From positions 141,360,001-141,420,378 of the forward strand of contig OY740781.1 in the NCBI GenBank assembly GCA_963514005.1: a DNA stretch of 60,378 nt, read 5' to 3'. Shown in pieces: positions 11,263 through 23,975 of the stretch (the stretch's first letter is position 1; every line of letters starts with the position of its first letter). The notes below the pieces were generated by a model. The model was given only the letters and a program-made list of their open reading frames with translations. It ran no database searches and was not told the DNA's origin. The position numbers and the translations under genes were made by a program. Origin of the DNA: Raja brachyura (taxonomy: Eukaryota).

Positions 11263-12306
11263 CAGTGCCCTCCATAATATTTGGGACAAAGACCCATCAT
11301 TTATTTATTTGCCTCTGTACTCCACAATTTGAGATTTGCAATAGAAAAAAATCACATGTGGTTAAAGTGCACATTGTCAGAATTTAATAAAGGCCATTTT
11401 TATACATTTTGGTTTCACCATGTAAAAATGACAGCAGTGTTTATACATAGTCCCCCCATTTCAGGGCACCATAATGTTTGGGACACAGCAATGTCATGTA
11501 AATGAAAGTAGTCAAGTTTGGTAATTTGTTGCATATCCTTTGCATGCAATGACTGCTTACAGTGAAGTCCGCGATTCATGGACATCACCAGTTGCTGGGT
11601 GTCTTCTCTGGTGATGCTCTGCCAGGCATGTGTTGCAGCCATCTTTAGCTTATGCTTGTTTTGGGGCCTACTCCCCTTCAGTTTTCTCTTCAGCATATAA
11701 AAGGAATGCTTCGTTGGGTTCAGATCGGGTGATTGACTTGGGCCATTCAAGAATTGACCATTTTTCAGCTTTGAAAAACTCCTTTGTTACTTTAGCAGTA
11801 TGTTTGGGATAATTGTCTTGCTGTAGAATGAACCGCCGGCCAATGAGTTTTGAGGCATTTGTTTGAACTTGAGCAGATAGGATGTGTACACTTCAGAAAT
11901 CATAATGGCTTCTTTGACTTTCATTGGCACAACCTTGGTCCTCATGTTGATAAACAGCAATAAAAGTTTCCAAAGGTGATGGAAAGACTGGAGGAAAGAC
12001 TAGGTGCTGAGAGCTCTCTTATACCTGCATTAAGGAGGTAATTAAACACACCTGACTAATTACAAATGCCTGTGAAGCCATGTGTCCCAAACATTATGGT
12101 GCCCTGAAATGGGAGAACTATGTACAAACACAGCTGTAATTTATTTCTACATAGTGAAACCAAAATGTATGAAAATACCCTTCAATAAAATCTGACAATG
12201 CACTTTAACCACATGTGATTTTGTTAATTACAAATCTCAGATTTTGGAGTACAGAGGCAAATAAATAAATGATGGGTCTTTGTCCCAAACATTATGGAGG
12301 GCACTG
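11263..12306 (-). mobile_element. Internally deleted Tc1 element, same family as 988-2490
   Basis: TA|cagtgccctccataatatttgggacaaagac ... gtctttgtcccaaacattatggagggcactg|TA. Long IR/DR ends. SQSPDLNP motif. The central transposase region is deleted at ~11900. Confidence 0.95.
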
Positions 12307-13872
12307 TATACACACATACTCACAAATACACACACATATGAGGGATAGGATAGACACACATTTAGATAGATCAAGGATGGTTAGGAAGAGCCTGCATTGT
12401 TTTGTATGTGGGAGGTCGTGTCTCACGAACCTAAATAAATTGCCTTATTTACTGCAAAATATATAGTTAGAATGTGAGTCACACACTCCAAATATCTGAC
12501 TGTCCGCTGTTGTTAATAAGTACTAATTACTATAATGGATTACTGACTTTGTATTCCAGTTTGCTTCACTTCTTTCTTCAAAGATCAAGCAATTTAAATT
12601 GTTGATATTCCCAGAACAGAAAAGTGCTGATGGTATGTGATAAAGAACACTGCAAAAATCACTTAATCGTACACTGAAAATGGAAATGGATTTGTTAAAA
12701 TGCCTTTATACTGTGAAGCTGCAATGTTAGCCTTCAATAACACTTGTGAAATCAATGAAATGATTCATTTGTGTAAAATTTATAAATCATGAATGTTTAT
12801 AGCTTTTATATATTTATCCCACGATCTGTTTTATTTTATATACTGCCAATTTCAAATAAAATTGCCCATGGAGACCTTACTGGTAGTTTGTTTACATTTA
12901 TTTGTCATTCTGAATTAGACACTTTTGATTACATATGATCAAAGAGGACAGAATCATTGTTTATCATTCAACTTTTAAATTGTTAGATTAATTACTGTGA
13001 TATCACAAAATACTTATGACGGGTTATATTACAGGTAACCTGAAGCTCAGATTAATAATCAGGAGATATACTGTAAGTAAAAATCCCACAGGAGAATTTA
13101 AATTGAATTACTTCAACAGCCTTAGGTACACTATGATTTTTCAGGAAAGGATTTCTGCTGCACGTTTTACTGACTTAAATAGACCATGAAGCCATTTCAT
13201 TCAGTTACGTCAAACTTCAAAATGTTAAAGCAGAGTACCATTGTAACTGTATAGATCACTGCGCAAAGACCCAAGCATCTAATTTGGATATGACAGCATT
13301 GTTCTCAGTCCTTACAATGTCCTCCTCAAAATCAACTGGATATTTGTGCCTAAATTAGACAGAGACCGCTCATAGTCTAACCAAGCACCAGTTTGATAGA
13401 AAAGTGCTTACAGAACTGTCCCTTTCAGCCAACATTTCACTTCCCTCCAGCACAACTTTTGGATGCATGCTGTCCTATTTCAGACATTATCTGACCAGAG
13501 ATTGAGGGACAGTGGCCTGCAACCGGCATGGAGAGGTCTTGGGAATCCTCGACTCATGGCATCAGGAAGTGTCTGATCAACAGGTTAAACACATATGGAA
13601 AGTGCACTTCAGTGACAATATGGTGCGGCTCGGCACCATGTTTGTCAGGACATGGCACTCAGGTTAGAAACTAAAGCAACTAAAGGTTACCTGTAATATA
13701 ACCCGTCATGAGTAAACTGACATCAGGGCTAAACATGTGTCCTCATGCTCAACAATGTACCCATTACAAATAAATCTGTGTATGATAGTTTTAATAAGGG
13801 CAGTGCCCAGACTTCAAAGAGACCAAGTCCCATTTTAACACCAAGACTAGCCTTTGTTATCGAAAGCATCCA

Positions 13873-14690
13873 ATATAATGAGATAAGTGTTCCTATAGCC
13901 AAAGGATCAAATCAAATTTCGATGGTCCAGTCATACGCAGTTGTGAATGCAGTGGCCAATTAAACAGTTAACATGGAGAGCAAGTAGTTCTAGTAACTTA
14001 CGCTGCTGGGAGCAGGCACTATTCATGAATGTGTTCATCGAACTCACACCTGCACACAAAAATTGTTATTGTGTGATAATTTAATAAATGGGATGGATTC
14101 TGAACAAGTCTTCCTGCTGAACAATGGACACCCATGAGGCTCCTTGGGCTATCAGCAGCAACAACAGAATTGCATTTCATCACAATCTGTATCCAGAATA
14201 TCCCTCATATTGCAATTCAGAGTGAACAAGGACCTCACCCTTGCATTGGTAAGGAATGTGGGAATGGTTGTCAGTAGGAATAACTAACGATGTGACATGA
14301 AGCTGGAAATGTAACAGTGCTGAAGCGACATAGAAAGCATCCGACAGTATGGGATTTTTTGATTAGTAAGAGTATCAGGGGTTATGGAGTGAAGACAGGC
14401 GAATGGGGTTGAGAGGGAAAGATGGGATCAAACATGATTGAATGGCGGAGTAGACTTGATGGGATGACAGGCCTAATTCTGCTCCTAGAATGTATGAACA
14501 TGATATAAGTGAGATAAGTGTTCCCACAGCCAAAGGATCAAATCAAATTTCGACAGTTCTGTCAGGCACAGTTGTGAATGTGGCAGACATTTAAACAGTT
14601 AACAGGGCGAGGAAGTGGTTCTAGTAATTTACACTGATGGGTGGAGGCACCCATGTGTTCATGGAATACTCACCTGCACACAAGAATTGG
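13873..14690. repeat. Diverged ~185-bp direct duplication
   Basis: gagataagtgttcc..agccaaaggatcaaatcaaatttcga...ttaaacagttaaca...cacctgcacacaa.aattg at ~13880-14065 and ~14511-14689. A CR1 tail fragment (~14355-14500) lies between the copies. Confidence 0.85.
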
Positions 14691-16842
14691 AATTCCACCC
14701 TGCAGCATGCTGCAGTTCCCGATTTCCTTGTACAGAATTGATTTGGAGATAATTTACTATACATGCTTTTCTTTTTAAAGTACTTTTAAGACTTGATTAT
14801 AATTATAAAGGACCTAAGTGAAAGCTGGTTAGACTAACTGAGAATAGTATTACCAGAGTTCTTGAAGCAGTTGAATTGGAGCACTGGAAGTATTCACACC
14901 TTGAGGGGCAGCAAGAACATCTAGATGTGGAAGCAATAGTGAGAGACTGGGTGAAGATTGGGGTCTTTAAATAGCCTGTTGGTGGGTGGTGAAGCACAGT
15001 ATGACTGAGAAAGTTTGAATTGGAACCAGAAGTGCACTGTAATAATCCAGGTATTGGGGCTGGGTATTGGAGGTTGGGTGGAAAGATGGAGAAAGATCTT
15101 CTGGAGAATTAGGGAAATTCAAAGTGGAACAACTGAAGAAGATGATATGGTGGCAGAATGGGAAAGGAAGCTGAAATCACATAATGGAATCCATCCCAGA
15201 AACAAATTAAGTCCCAAGTCCAGAACATTAATGTAGCATTTCTGTTTGGCAGGTTAGCCAGAAGCTTAGACATGCTGTAGGGAATCTGAGCCAGCATGCT
15301 GGCTGGAAAGTTCTCAAACATGTGGCTTGAGTTGTCCCATTGATGCATTTCTCCTGCCTGATTTATGGCTGGAACGATGCATAATTTTGCAGCCCAATAA
15401 GTATTAAAGGAGACGAGTGAAGGTAAAAATTGTGTTTAATAGCCTTTTAGGCTAAAATAACTCAGGGAGCAACGCAGGTTAGGAAGTATAAACAAATTCA
15501 AAGGTGTACAAGGAGAACGATTAGAAAATTGCACCATTCTGCTTCTAGAAAAATAAACAAATACTGTATAGGGTGCTTCAACAAAAATCAAGCATTAACT
15601 GTACCTTGGCCACAGAACTTTCCCGATTTGAGAGTGTCATTTTCAGGCACAATCACAGAGCATTTATTATTTTCTGATTGTTTACACACTCTTGTCTGCA
15701 TTATTATTAGGTCTTTCTTTGCATTCCTGTACCCAAAGATTTCAGAACCTAACTAGCCCAAAAGAAACAAAACAGGTCTAACTAGACACATGTGCAGCCT
15801 AAACAGTTAAATCAATTGGTTAGGGTTTTGAAAGCATTGCTGAATTGTAATGGGTGCCTGAAAGAAAATAAAGGACTTCAGAGAGAGGGAATGGCATTGT
15901 GACTAGCTACATCGTATGGAGCAGGCATAGACCTGACGGGTGGAATTGACTCCTTCCCGACTCTGGTAGCTGGGTGGGGTGCTGCTCAGTGCGACATGGT
16001 AGAAAAAATTCCACCTGCAGGCCCCCAACTATTGCTAAGCTTCACAAGGGATTTGTGTTAAATCAGAAAGTCCCACGCACTTAGACTACTCACAGTAGGT
16101 CCACAGAAGTGCTTCTTTACAATGTACACAGTATATCACCTATTATTATAGAATATACTATTCACTGCTGGGGTCTACATGTGCTCTTTCAAGATCACAG
16201 AGGCGAAGTGCCATTAAGCAAACATTGGCTGAGATTGTAGTTTAATTGCTTTTCTGGCTTCAGGTCTCAAATCTGAGCTGGTGTGTTTGGCAAGATCATT
16301 CTGAGGTTGCAGGTTGTAACTCTGGGGTCAATTGTCTGTCGTTCTTTTGAAGTCTGATTGGTAAGGTTACTTAAAAGTTACTGCTAGGTCGATCCCTAAT
16401 GCTACAATTTCAATTAAAGTGTGACTGAGAAACCTGACGGGAAGGAGACGCATGGTAAGTTTATCATGACACAAGTACATTACAGGTTACTCATTCAAAA
16501 TGAGATGGAGAGCTGTTTGAAACACGGCGACACAATTAAAGAAACAATAAATGTGGATGTAAATGTTTAGATAAATAGGCACTAAATATTAGAACTTTGG
16601 AAAAAAAATGGGTTTTTGAATTATTTTGCTGGAAGACAAACTATCTACAAACTCAGTTTAGTCAAGAGTCAAGTCAAGAGTCAAGATTGTATTATTGTCA
16701 TATGTCCCGGATGGGACAATGAAATTCTTACTTACAACCAACTTACAATAATTTGCATGTTAACTAGGGGCCATGTTGGCTCAAGTGGCTATATATACAA
16801 TCTAGAATGATTTTATATTTCTGAATTTGCTTTTGGCTGGTC

Positions 16843-17121
16843 AGGGCAGCACAATGATTAAGTTGCTGCCTTTCAGTGCCAGCATCCCGGGTTTGATCCT
16901 GACTATGGAATTTGTATGTTCTCCCTGTGACTGCATGGGTTTTCTCCAGGTGCTCCAATTTTCCCCCACACTCTAAAGATGTACAGTTTTGTAGGTCAGT
17001 TGGTTTCGGTAAAATTGTCCCTAGTGTGCAAGACAGTGTTAGTGTACGGGGTGATTGCTGGATGGCACGGACCAGTGGGCCGAAGCGCCTGTGTCTGTGC
17101 TGTATCTATAAACTCTAAAGT
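16843..17121 (+). mobile_element. V-SINE
   Basis: gggcagcaca...ccgggtttgatcctgact...tttgtatgttctccc...gtgggccgaagcgcctg. Confidence 0.85.
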
Positions 17122-17819
17122 AAAATTCAAGCAAATGTATGGGCAAACAAATCAATTAATAATCTTTCATCAGAATTGTTACTTCTGAAATCCAGTATCT
17201 ATTACGTTTTGTTGCTGCTTTGATATTAACTATGTTCTACTCGATTATTCTCAATACATTAAAATGACCAGTTTGTTGTTGAGCTTTTTGCCCAGTTAAT
17301 TTGGAGCTACAATTCTGAGAACTGCAGTAATAAATTTAACACCAAGTAATTTTTGATAAAGAAAGAAACAGCTTTCTAAGCTGTAAATAGGTCAGAAATT
17401 CTCAAAGGGAAAGTGTTGCAAATTTACATCCATGTTATTCTCCATCTGCCGAGTTCTTTTTATGTCATCCACAAATCTGCATTTCCTTGTTCTTGTTGAG
17501 ATTTCACGTGATCCTTGTTATAAACCTCTCATTAACTTATATAACAGAATAAATATATTATGCACTCTTGGACTGGTCCTGGTTTAAAATGCCACTGAAT
17601 AAAATGAATTCGACATTTCTAAATCTGAATATATGCTAACATGTACAAAAGTCTTAATAAGAAATCTTCACTATTAAGCAGTCCAAACTTCTGAAATGTA
17701 ACCCTTATAACAGCAAGTACATGCCAAAGTAATTAACTGTAAAACCTTTTGGGTGTCTTGAGACATTATATATAATGCAAGTTTTTACTTTCCTTCTGCT
17801 GGATATCGAATTTATTTTC

Positions 17820-18300
17820 CAGCAAAAAAAGCTTCAGAAAAATATGAAAGGTCTAACAGTACAATTTCATTGGTCTTAAGAAGACTCAAAGGGTTAAATA
17901 ATGATGCTAGATTACATGAACTTGGTTTGTACTACATTAGTTTAGAAGTTTGAGGAATGATGTAATCAAAATCTTAAGAGTATAAAGGGTTTTGAAGGGG
18001 TAGATTTAGAGAAGCTGTTTTTTCTGGAGGAAATCCACAACAATGGGACATAATCTTAAAATAACAGCCAAACCATATGTTGTGAAGTCAAAAAGCAAAT
18101 CGGCACACAAGTGTATAATGGAAATCTGGAACTCTTTCAAATATTGTGGATGTTTGGCCAATTGATAGTTTTGCAGCTGAAGCTGTTCATTTTGTAGTAG
18201 ATGAGAGTATCAAAATTTATATAGTTCAATGCAGCAAAAATATAGATCTATTACGATCTAACTACATGATGGAACAAACCTGAAACCTGAAGGACCCATT
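17820..18300 (+). mobile_element. Old degraded CR1 3' fragment
   Basis: Remnants of ttagaagtttgaggaatgatgtaatc (RRLRGDLI-like), gggacataatcttaaaata (GHNLKI) and atctggaactct (WNS). Confidence 0.6.
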
Positions 18301-18519
18301 CCTATTTACTGTACACTGTATATGAAAGTGTGCATTCATTTGCACAGTGCAGAAGTGCACAAGACTAAATTTCTAGAAAATGTTCCTACAAGCTCTCATT
18401 CCGTCTCTCCTGCCAATACAATGTAGACTGTATTTTTTCACACTTTCCACTTTATTTTGATAAGCTATTGACTTCCAAACAGTGTTGTTGCCATTGGATA
18501 CAGTATTTATGTTACAGGC

Positions 18520-18727
18520 TCACTCAATGTAAATGGTCCAGCTCATCCAGAGACATCTTAATCAGACGTTATATGTCGTATCTTTCACAAGATGTTGCAT
18601 CCTTTATCTGTTAACTATGCACTGGGGACAGTTTGATTGTATTCGTGTAGTCTTTTTGACTGGACAGCACACAAACAAAAGCTTTTCATTTTATCTCGGT
18701 ACACGCATCAATAATAAACTAAACTAA
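18520..18727 (+). mobile_element. Rex1/Babar-type 3' UTR fragment
   Basis: cagcacacaaacaaaagcttttca...tctcggtacacg...aataataaactaaactaa is the reverse complement of the tails at 20605 and 43915. Confidence 0.65.
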
Positions 18728-20602
18728 AAATATGTAGCCTAGAACATAACATCTGCTCTGGTAAGTGTTTACGGGTAGGATCTAGCTACGAAAGCATATT
18801 CAACAGATAGCTGGTAGACAACTGCAGATTTTCCAACATCTGCAATTCCTGCTTCAACAGATAGCTATTTTGTATTCCAGGTACAGATCTGACTTTTTTT
18901 CTCTCCAGTTTTTTGTTTGAAAGCAGCTTTCAATTTGTCTTGATTAAAACTAGTATTCCACCTGAAGACCAAATGATTCCAGCAAAACAAAAAATGCATA
19001 AAAATCCAGTCCAGATTGCACACTTATGCACAGCTGATTAAAAAAAAAATCTATTTTCTAACTTCCAATAAGAGATAATGGAGTCCACAATCATTCTAAA
19101 TCATTTAACAATTTTTCTATGGATAGCTCAATAAATCAGTTTAATTGTTCATAGACTAGAAGCAGTGCTGCAAAACATTCACAGCCTTCTGAAATCAAGA
19201 AAAATGTGATATAACATATCGTCAGAATGCAATAAGGAAGAGTTTCTGTTCAATTCCTTAATTCTCTACAATCAATTTAAATTTTGTGAATCTATAGAGA
19301 CTTCTCTCCTACAGGACATGTTTGAGAATGAGAATATTATCTCACATAAAACCTAAAAGGAATAGTGTTTCTTTTCAAATCAGAAGCTGTAACATTTAAA
19401 CATATACCCACCAGAATTGACTGCGTCGTCAGTGTATTATATTTGTGACAGTTTTTTCTCTTTTCTCATAATGCACGTGTCTAGATGCCTAGGCTTCTCT
19501 TCATAAATCATCTGTTCTTTGTTCTTATTTTCACTTCTTTCAATTATATTCCCTAGTTTTAACATTGCCAGCCTTCAGTCTTTGAATTCAGGAAACCTTA
19601 GAAAACTGCCACGCAGTCTTTCTTCTGCTCTTGAAACAATGCATTTAGAATTCTCTAGCTAGATGGGGAAAAACAATCACATTTTTCAAACATACACTCT
19701 AAGAACAAGGTACATAAGGTTGAACTTAGTCCATGAATTATTTCATACTGCTGTAAGTTTCAGTCAAGGCAACAATTCTGTCGCCAGCAATTACCACCAA
19801 ATGAATTACTGCAATCAATTTTGAATCCAACAAGGCAGAAAATTTGGAAACAAATTAATGGTCTCCACTGTTATTGCAGCAATATTGGTTCCGGACTGGA
19901 ATGTTATAGACGCAGAAACGTGAATTTTAAAAAAGGAATCTATTTGTTACTATTGACAAATGCATAAATAAGTTAGTAAATCCACTGTGAAATAATTCTC
20001 AACTGTCTTTTTTTTTAAAGTACCTTGTTGTTCTAAAAGTTTTTATAATTTATCCCTGCCGAAAGAGCAGTATTTAACTATGAAACATATAAACTCAATA
20101 AATATGTTATAATTTTACTCAAATGTTTTAAAGTTTTTCTGATGTCCCTAAATATCTTTGGTTATCAAAGTTTTAACAATCTTAGATTCAATATTAGCAA
20201 TTAACCTTGTATTCCATTTGCAGAAGCTTCAAAGTACTACAAACACTTTTTCTGTAATGGTATGTATTCACTTTTTCTTTAAAGATCTGGTTCTATCCCC
20301 TTAGTCATAAACTCAGTTTCTCTTTCTGCACCATTAGTTCTGCATAAAACCCAGAAATCTTAAAATTACCACTAAATGTGATAGCGAGTACATCTTAACT
20401 CACCAAAAAAAAAGTTTGACTAATATCCAGGAACACATCTCATGTGTACAGACTTAGAGTTTTTAGTGTGGGCATTCAGTGTAACACAATGTGTTATAAT
20501 AACATTTAAAATACATCTATATAACATTAAAAATACATGGAAAGGGTTAAAGGGTTGTGGGCCAAACGTAGGCAGGTACTGTAGGTCTAGTATAAAAGGG
20601 GC

Positions 20603-21560
20603 ATTTAGTTTAGTTTATTGTCATATGTATTGTGGTGCGCGAAAAGCATTTTTGCTGCTTGCTATCCAGTCAGTGGAAAGGCAATACATGATTACAATCA
20701 AGCTGTCTAGTGTACATATACAGGATAAAGGGAATAATGTTTAGTGCAAGATAAGGTCCAGTAAAGTCCGATTGAAGATAGTGCGAGGGTCTCCAATGAG
20801 GTAGATGGTAGAACAGGAACGGCCACTCTCTAGTTGGTTCAGTTGCCTGATAACAGCTGGAAAGAAACTGTCCCTGAATCTGGAGGTATGCCTTTTCACA
20901 CTTCTGTACCACTTGCCTGACATGAGCGAGTAAAAGAGGGAGTGTCCTGGATGAGGCTCGTTCTTGTTTATGCTGGTGGCCTGGCCGAGGCAGCATGGTG
21001 TAGATGGAGTCAATCTAAGTGAGGTTGGTTTGTGTGATGGTCTGGGCTGTGTCCACAATTCTTTGCAATTTCTTGCTGCCTTGGAACCGCGCTGTGATGC
21101 ATCCCAATAAAATGCTTTCTATGGCGCATTTGTAGAGGTTGGTGTGAGTTATTGGGAACATTGTGAACGTCCTAAGCCTTCTAAGGAAGATGAGGCGCTG
21201 CTGTGATTTCTTGGCCATTGCATTGATATGACTGGTCCAGAACAAGCTGCTGGTGATATTTACTCCTAGGAGCTTGAAGCTTTCAACCATCTCCACTTTG
21301 GCGTAGTCCATATAAACTGGGACATGTGCACCGCTTTGCTTTCTGAAGTCGATCACAATCCCCTTTGTCGTGCTGAAAATGAGGGAAAGGTTGACACAAA
21401 ACGCTGGAGTAACTCAGTGGGCCAGGCAGCATTTTTGGAAGAAAGGAAAAGGTGATGTTTCAGGTCAGAACCTTCCTTTAGTTCCATCCTACACATTTTG
21501 AGGGAAAGGTTGGTGTCTTGGCACCAGGTTACAAGGATCTCAATCACTCATTTGTCTTTT
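20603..21560 (-). mobile_element. Rex1/Babar LINE, 5'-truncated and degraded
   Basis: Minus-strand ORFs WCQDTNLSL, IDFRK, VEMVESFKLLGVNI, KKSQQRLIFLRRLR, YKCAIESIL, HPGHSLF...SGKWYRS...TSRFRDSFFPAVIRQLN. (TAAAC)n tail. Confidence 0.9.
21394..21498 (-). mobile_element. Penelope-type hammerhead element with a 14-bp TSD, nested in Rex1
   Basis: Flanked by TGAGGGAAAGGTTG at 21380-21393 and 21499-21512. Body acacaaaacgctggagtaactcag...ggtgatgtttcaggtcagaaccttc. Confidence 0.8.
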
Positions 21561-22402
21561 CCTGCCCTTTATGTACTATTTACTTTATGGTGTCAACTGG
21601 GATAAATGAAAGCACTCTTGCTCATCCTTTCCTAAAAACATTCATTTTTAGCTTATCCTTCAGTCAGGAAGTTCAAGATTACAGCAATATCAAATTTGAG
21701 TGGAGATTTTACATTTATCCATTGGGGAAATGGGACAGTAGCACAGTTAAAACTGCCACCCCAGTGCTACTCTTTTTGCCATGGTCCTTGTGCCTTTCAC
21801 TGGAAAATCTAAGTATATAGTTTACTACAGGAAAGGCCCTGTACTACACACAGGGTCCCAATACTTACACTGGGTTAAGGCAAAGTGACCCCAACATTAT
21901 TTCTGTTTGGTCAAGAAGTCCATCTTCCTAGGGCTTCACATGAACACTGTGGCACTCCCCAAGAGTGCCTCCCCACTGTCAGGCACTCTTGCTTCTGCAA
22001 CCCTCCACATCAGACCCATCTCCTGCCAGTTACATCCTGGTTTTCTTTTTAAATGTATAATCAAAGCAGCCTACATTACTGGCTTCCAGAAAAATGCTTA
22101 CGCTTAGTTTCATATTCTATATATAAAGAATCATTAACATAGCAAGCAGTCTGGCCTTGATTTCACAAAGTCATCTGAAATTGCAATTATTTACATTAAT
22201 TAGAGAACAATGTAACCATACTTTATTATTGAATTTCAATTAAAATTTACATGCTACACCAACTGTATGACCTTCTTGGGGTGTCCAATAAACATGAATT
22301 TGACGCCAACATCATATTCTATTAATTATTGACGTTGAAGTTTGTAGAAGGGCATAAAAGGGAAGTTTAAAGTACAGCTTCTCTACTGTTTCAGCAAACT
22401 TA

Positions 22403-22870
22403 AGGGCCTGTCCCACTTTGCGATTTTATGAGTGACGACGGGTGTCAGTGACACAGCCAAGCCAAGGTACGACACTCCGTGTCACCATGTGTCACCAATT
22501 TCCATGCGTCGCCATAGGACGGCATGCAACAGCATAGAACAGCGCCTGTGACGTCACAGCCGTCAAGCGGCGTCAATGTACATCCACCCGCGACACGATA
22601 CGGCAAGACACGACAGGTTGCATCATCTGGGACACGTGATGTCATTTGATTATCCAGCTTCCCATAAATCATGATGCATCGTTGTCGCATAGTGACGCAC
22701 GGTGACGCACAATAAATCAGCATAGGCAATGATGGTGCGGCACCCGTACGTCATCGTATGAAATGGCGCACGACATAAGACACGCAGCTGTCGCGCGAGG
22801 ACTTTGAACATTCTAAAATCCTGGGGCGGCAGGGAGATACCTAAAATGTCGCCCAAGTGGAACAGGCCCT
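22403..22870. mobile_element. PIF/Harbinger-type MITE
   Basis: TTA|AGGGCCTGTCCCACTT...AAGTGGAACAGGCCCT|TTA; 3-bp TWA TSD; CpG-rich interior. Confidence 0.88.
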
Positions 22871-23074
22871 TTAGAAACAAAGCCATACTGTATGTACCAA
22901 TAAGTATCCATATTCTGTCATGCATTTGCATTGATTTGGCTTGACTGTCAGAAATTAGTAGATTAAAATTCACAATGCTGACTCCTAATTATCATTCTGC
23001 AGGAAATGTAGAAGGCTACTAGAGCAGCTAAGAATTAGATTAGATTCAGCTGTGAAGGCCACCAAAATGAGGTA

Positions 23075-23700
23075 GTCTCCCAAGCCTTTCACTAGTCTGT
23101 ATGTTTCAATGAGGTCCCCCCTCATTCTTCTAAGCTCCATCAAGTATAAGCCCAGTGCACACAAACGCTCATCATAGGTTAACCTACTCTCTCCTGGAAT
23201 CATTCTTATAAACCTCCTCTAGACCCGCTCCAGAGCTAGCACATCCTTCCTCAGATATGGTGCCCAAGATTGCTCACAATATTCCAAATGTGACCTTACC
23301 ATTGCCTTAGCATTACATCCCTGTTTTTGTATACACGCACTCTTGAAATAAATGCAAGCATTGAGTTTGCTTCTTTACTACCGATTTGACTTACAGATTA
23401 ACTTTTTGGGAATCCTGCATCAGCACTCCCAAGTTCCTTTGCACCTCTGATTTCTGGATTCTCTTCCCATTTAGAAAATATAGCCTATGCCTATATCTGG
23501 GACCTCTCCTGTCTCCGGTGATTCTTGAAATATCACTGTCAATGACGCCACAATCTCTAAAGCCACCTCTTTCAGAACCCTAGGGTGCATTCCATCTGCT
23601 CCAGGTGACATCCACCTTCAGCCCTTTCAGCTTCCCAAGCACGTTCTCCCCAGTAATAGCCACTCCACTAACTTCCACCCCCTGAATCTCTTAAATTTCA
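23075..23700 (-). mobile_element. CR1 ORF2 fragments
   Basis: Minus strand MIPG..RLTYDERL.ALGLY.MELRRMRGDLIETYRLVKGL; upstream SPGADGMHPRVLKEVA-like sequence at ~23560-23610. Confidence 0.85.
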
Positions 23701-23714
23701 GGCACAACTTTCCT

Positions 23715-23975
23715 TGATCATCGTTACTTTTTGCATTTCTTTCATTCATTTGTTCTATATGTCTCTATATCACTGTCGATATCTCTCCTTTCCTTTCCCC
23801 TGACTCTCAGTCTGAAGAAGGGTCTCGACCCAAAACATCATCTATTCCTTTTCTCCAGAGATGCTGCCTGGCCCTTTGTGTTACTCCAGCGTTTTGTGCC
23901 TATCTTCAGTTTAAACCAGCATCCAGATTTCCTTCCTACACAAGGAACTGCAGATGCTGGTTTACAAAATAGACA
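23715..23975 (+). mobile_element. Penelope-type terminal repeat with hammerhead core and short inverted tail
   Basis: cagtCTGAAGAAGGGTCTCGACCCaaaacatc at ~23808-23840; aaaccagcatc... followed by inverted aaggaactgcagatgctggttta. Confidence 0.78.

Larger units (their letters stand above)
10840..12432 (+). mobile_element. CR1 RT fragment interrupted by a Rex1-type 3' UTR and a Tc1
   Basis: KSPGPD-like and PEDWRVAN...LFKKG...YRLVS..S motifs (10880-11118) resume at ~12338 (gagggatagg...gggaggtcgtgtctcacgaac). Confidence 0.85.

Noticed and set aside
13260-13700. Possible ancient RTE-like LINE remnant
   Set aside because: Too degenerate to support any motif.
14780-15240. Possible old L2 remnant on minus
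   Set aside because: Resemblance is impressionistic; no recoverable motif.
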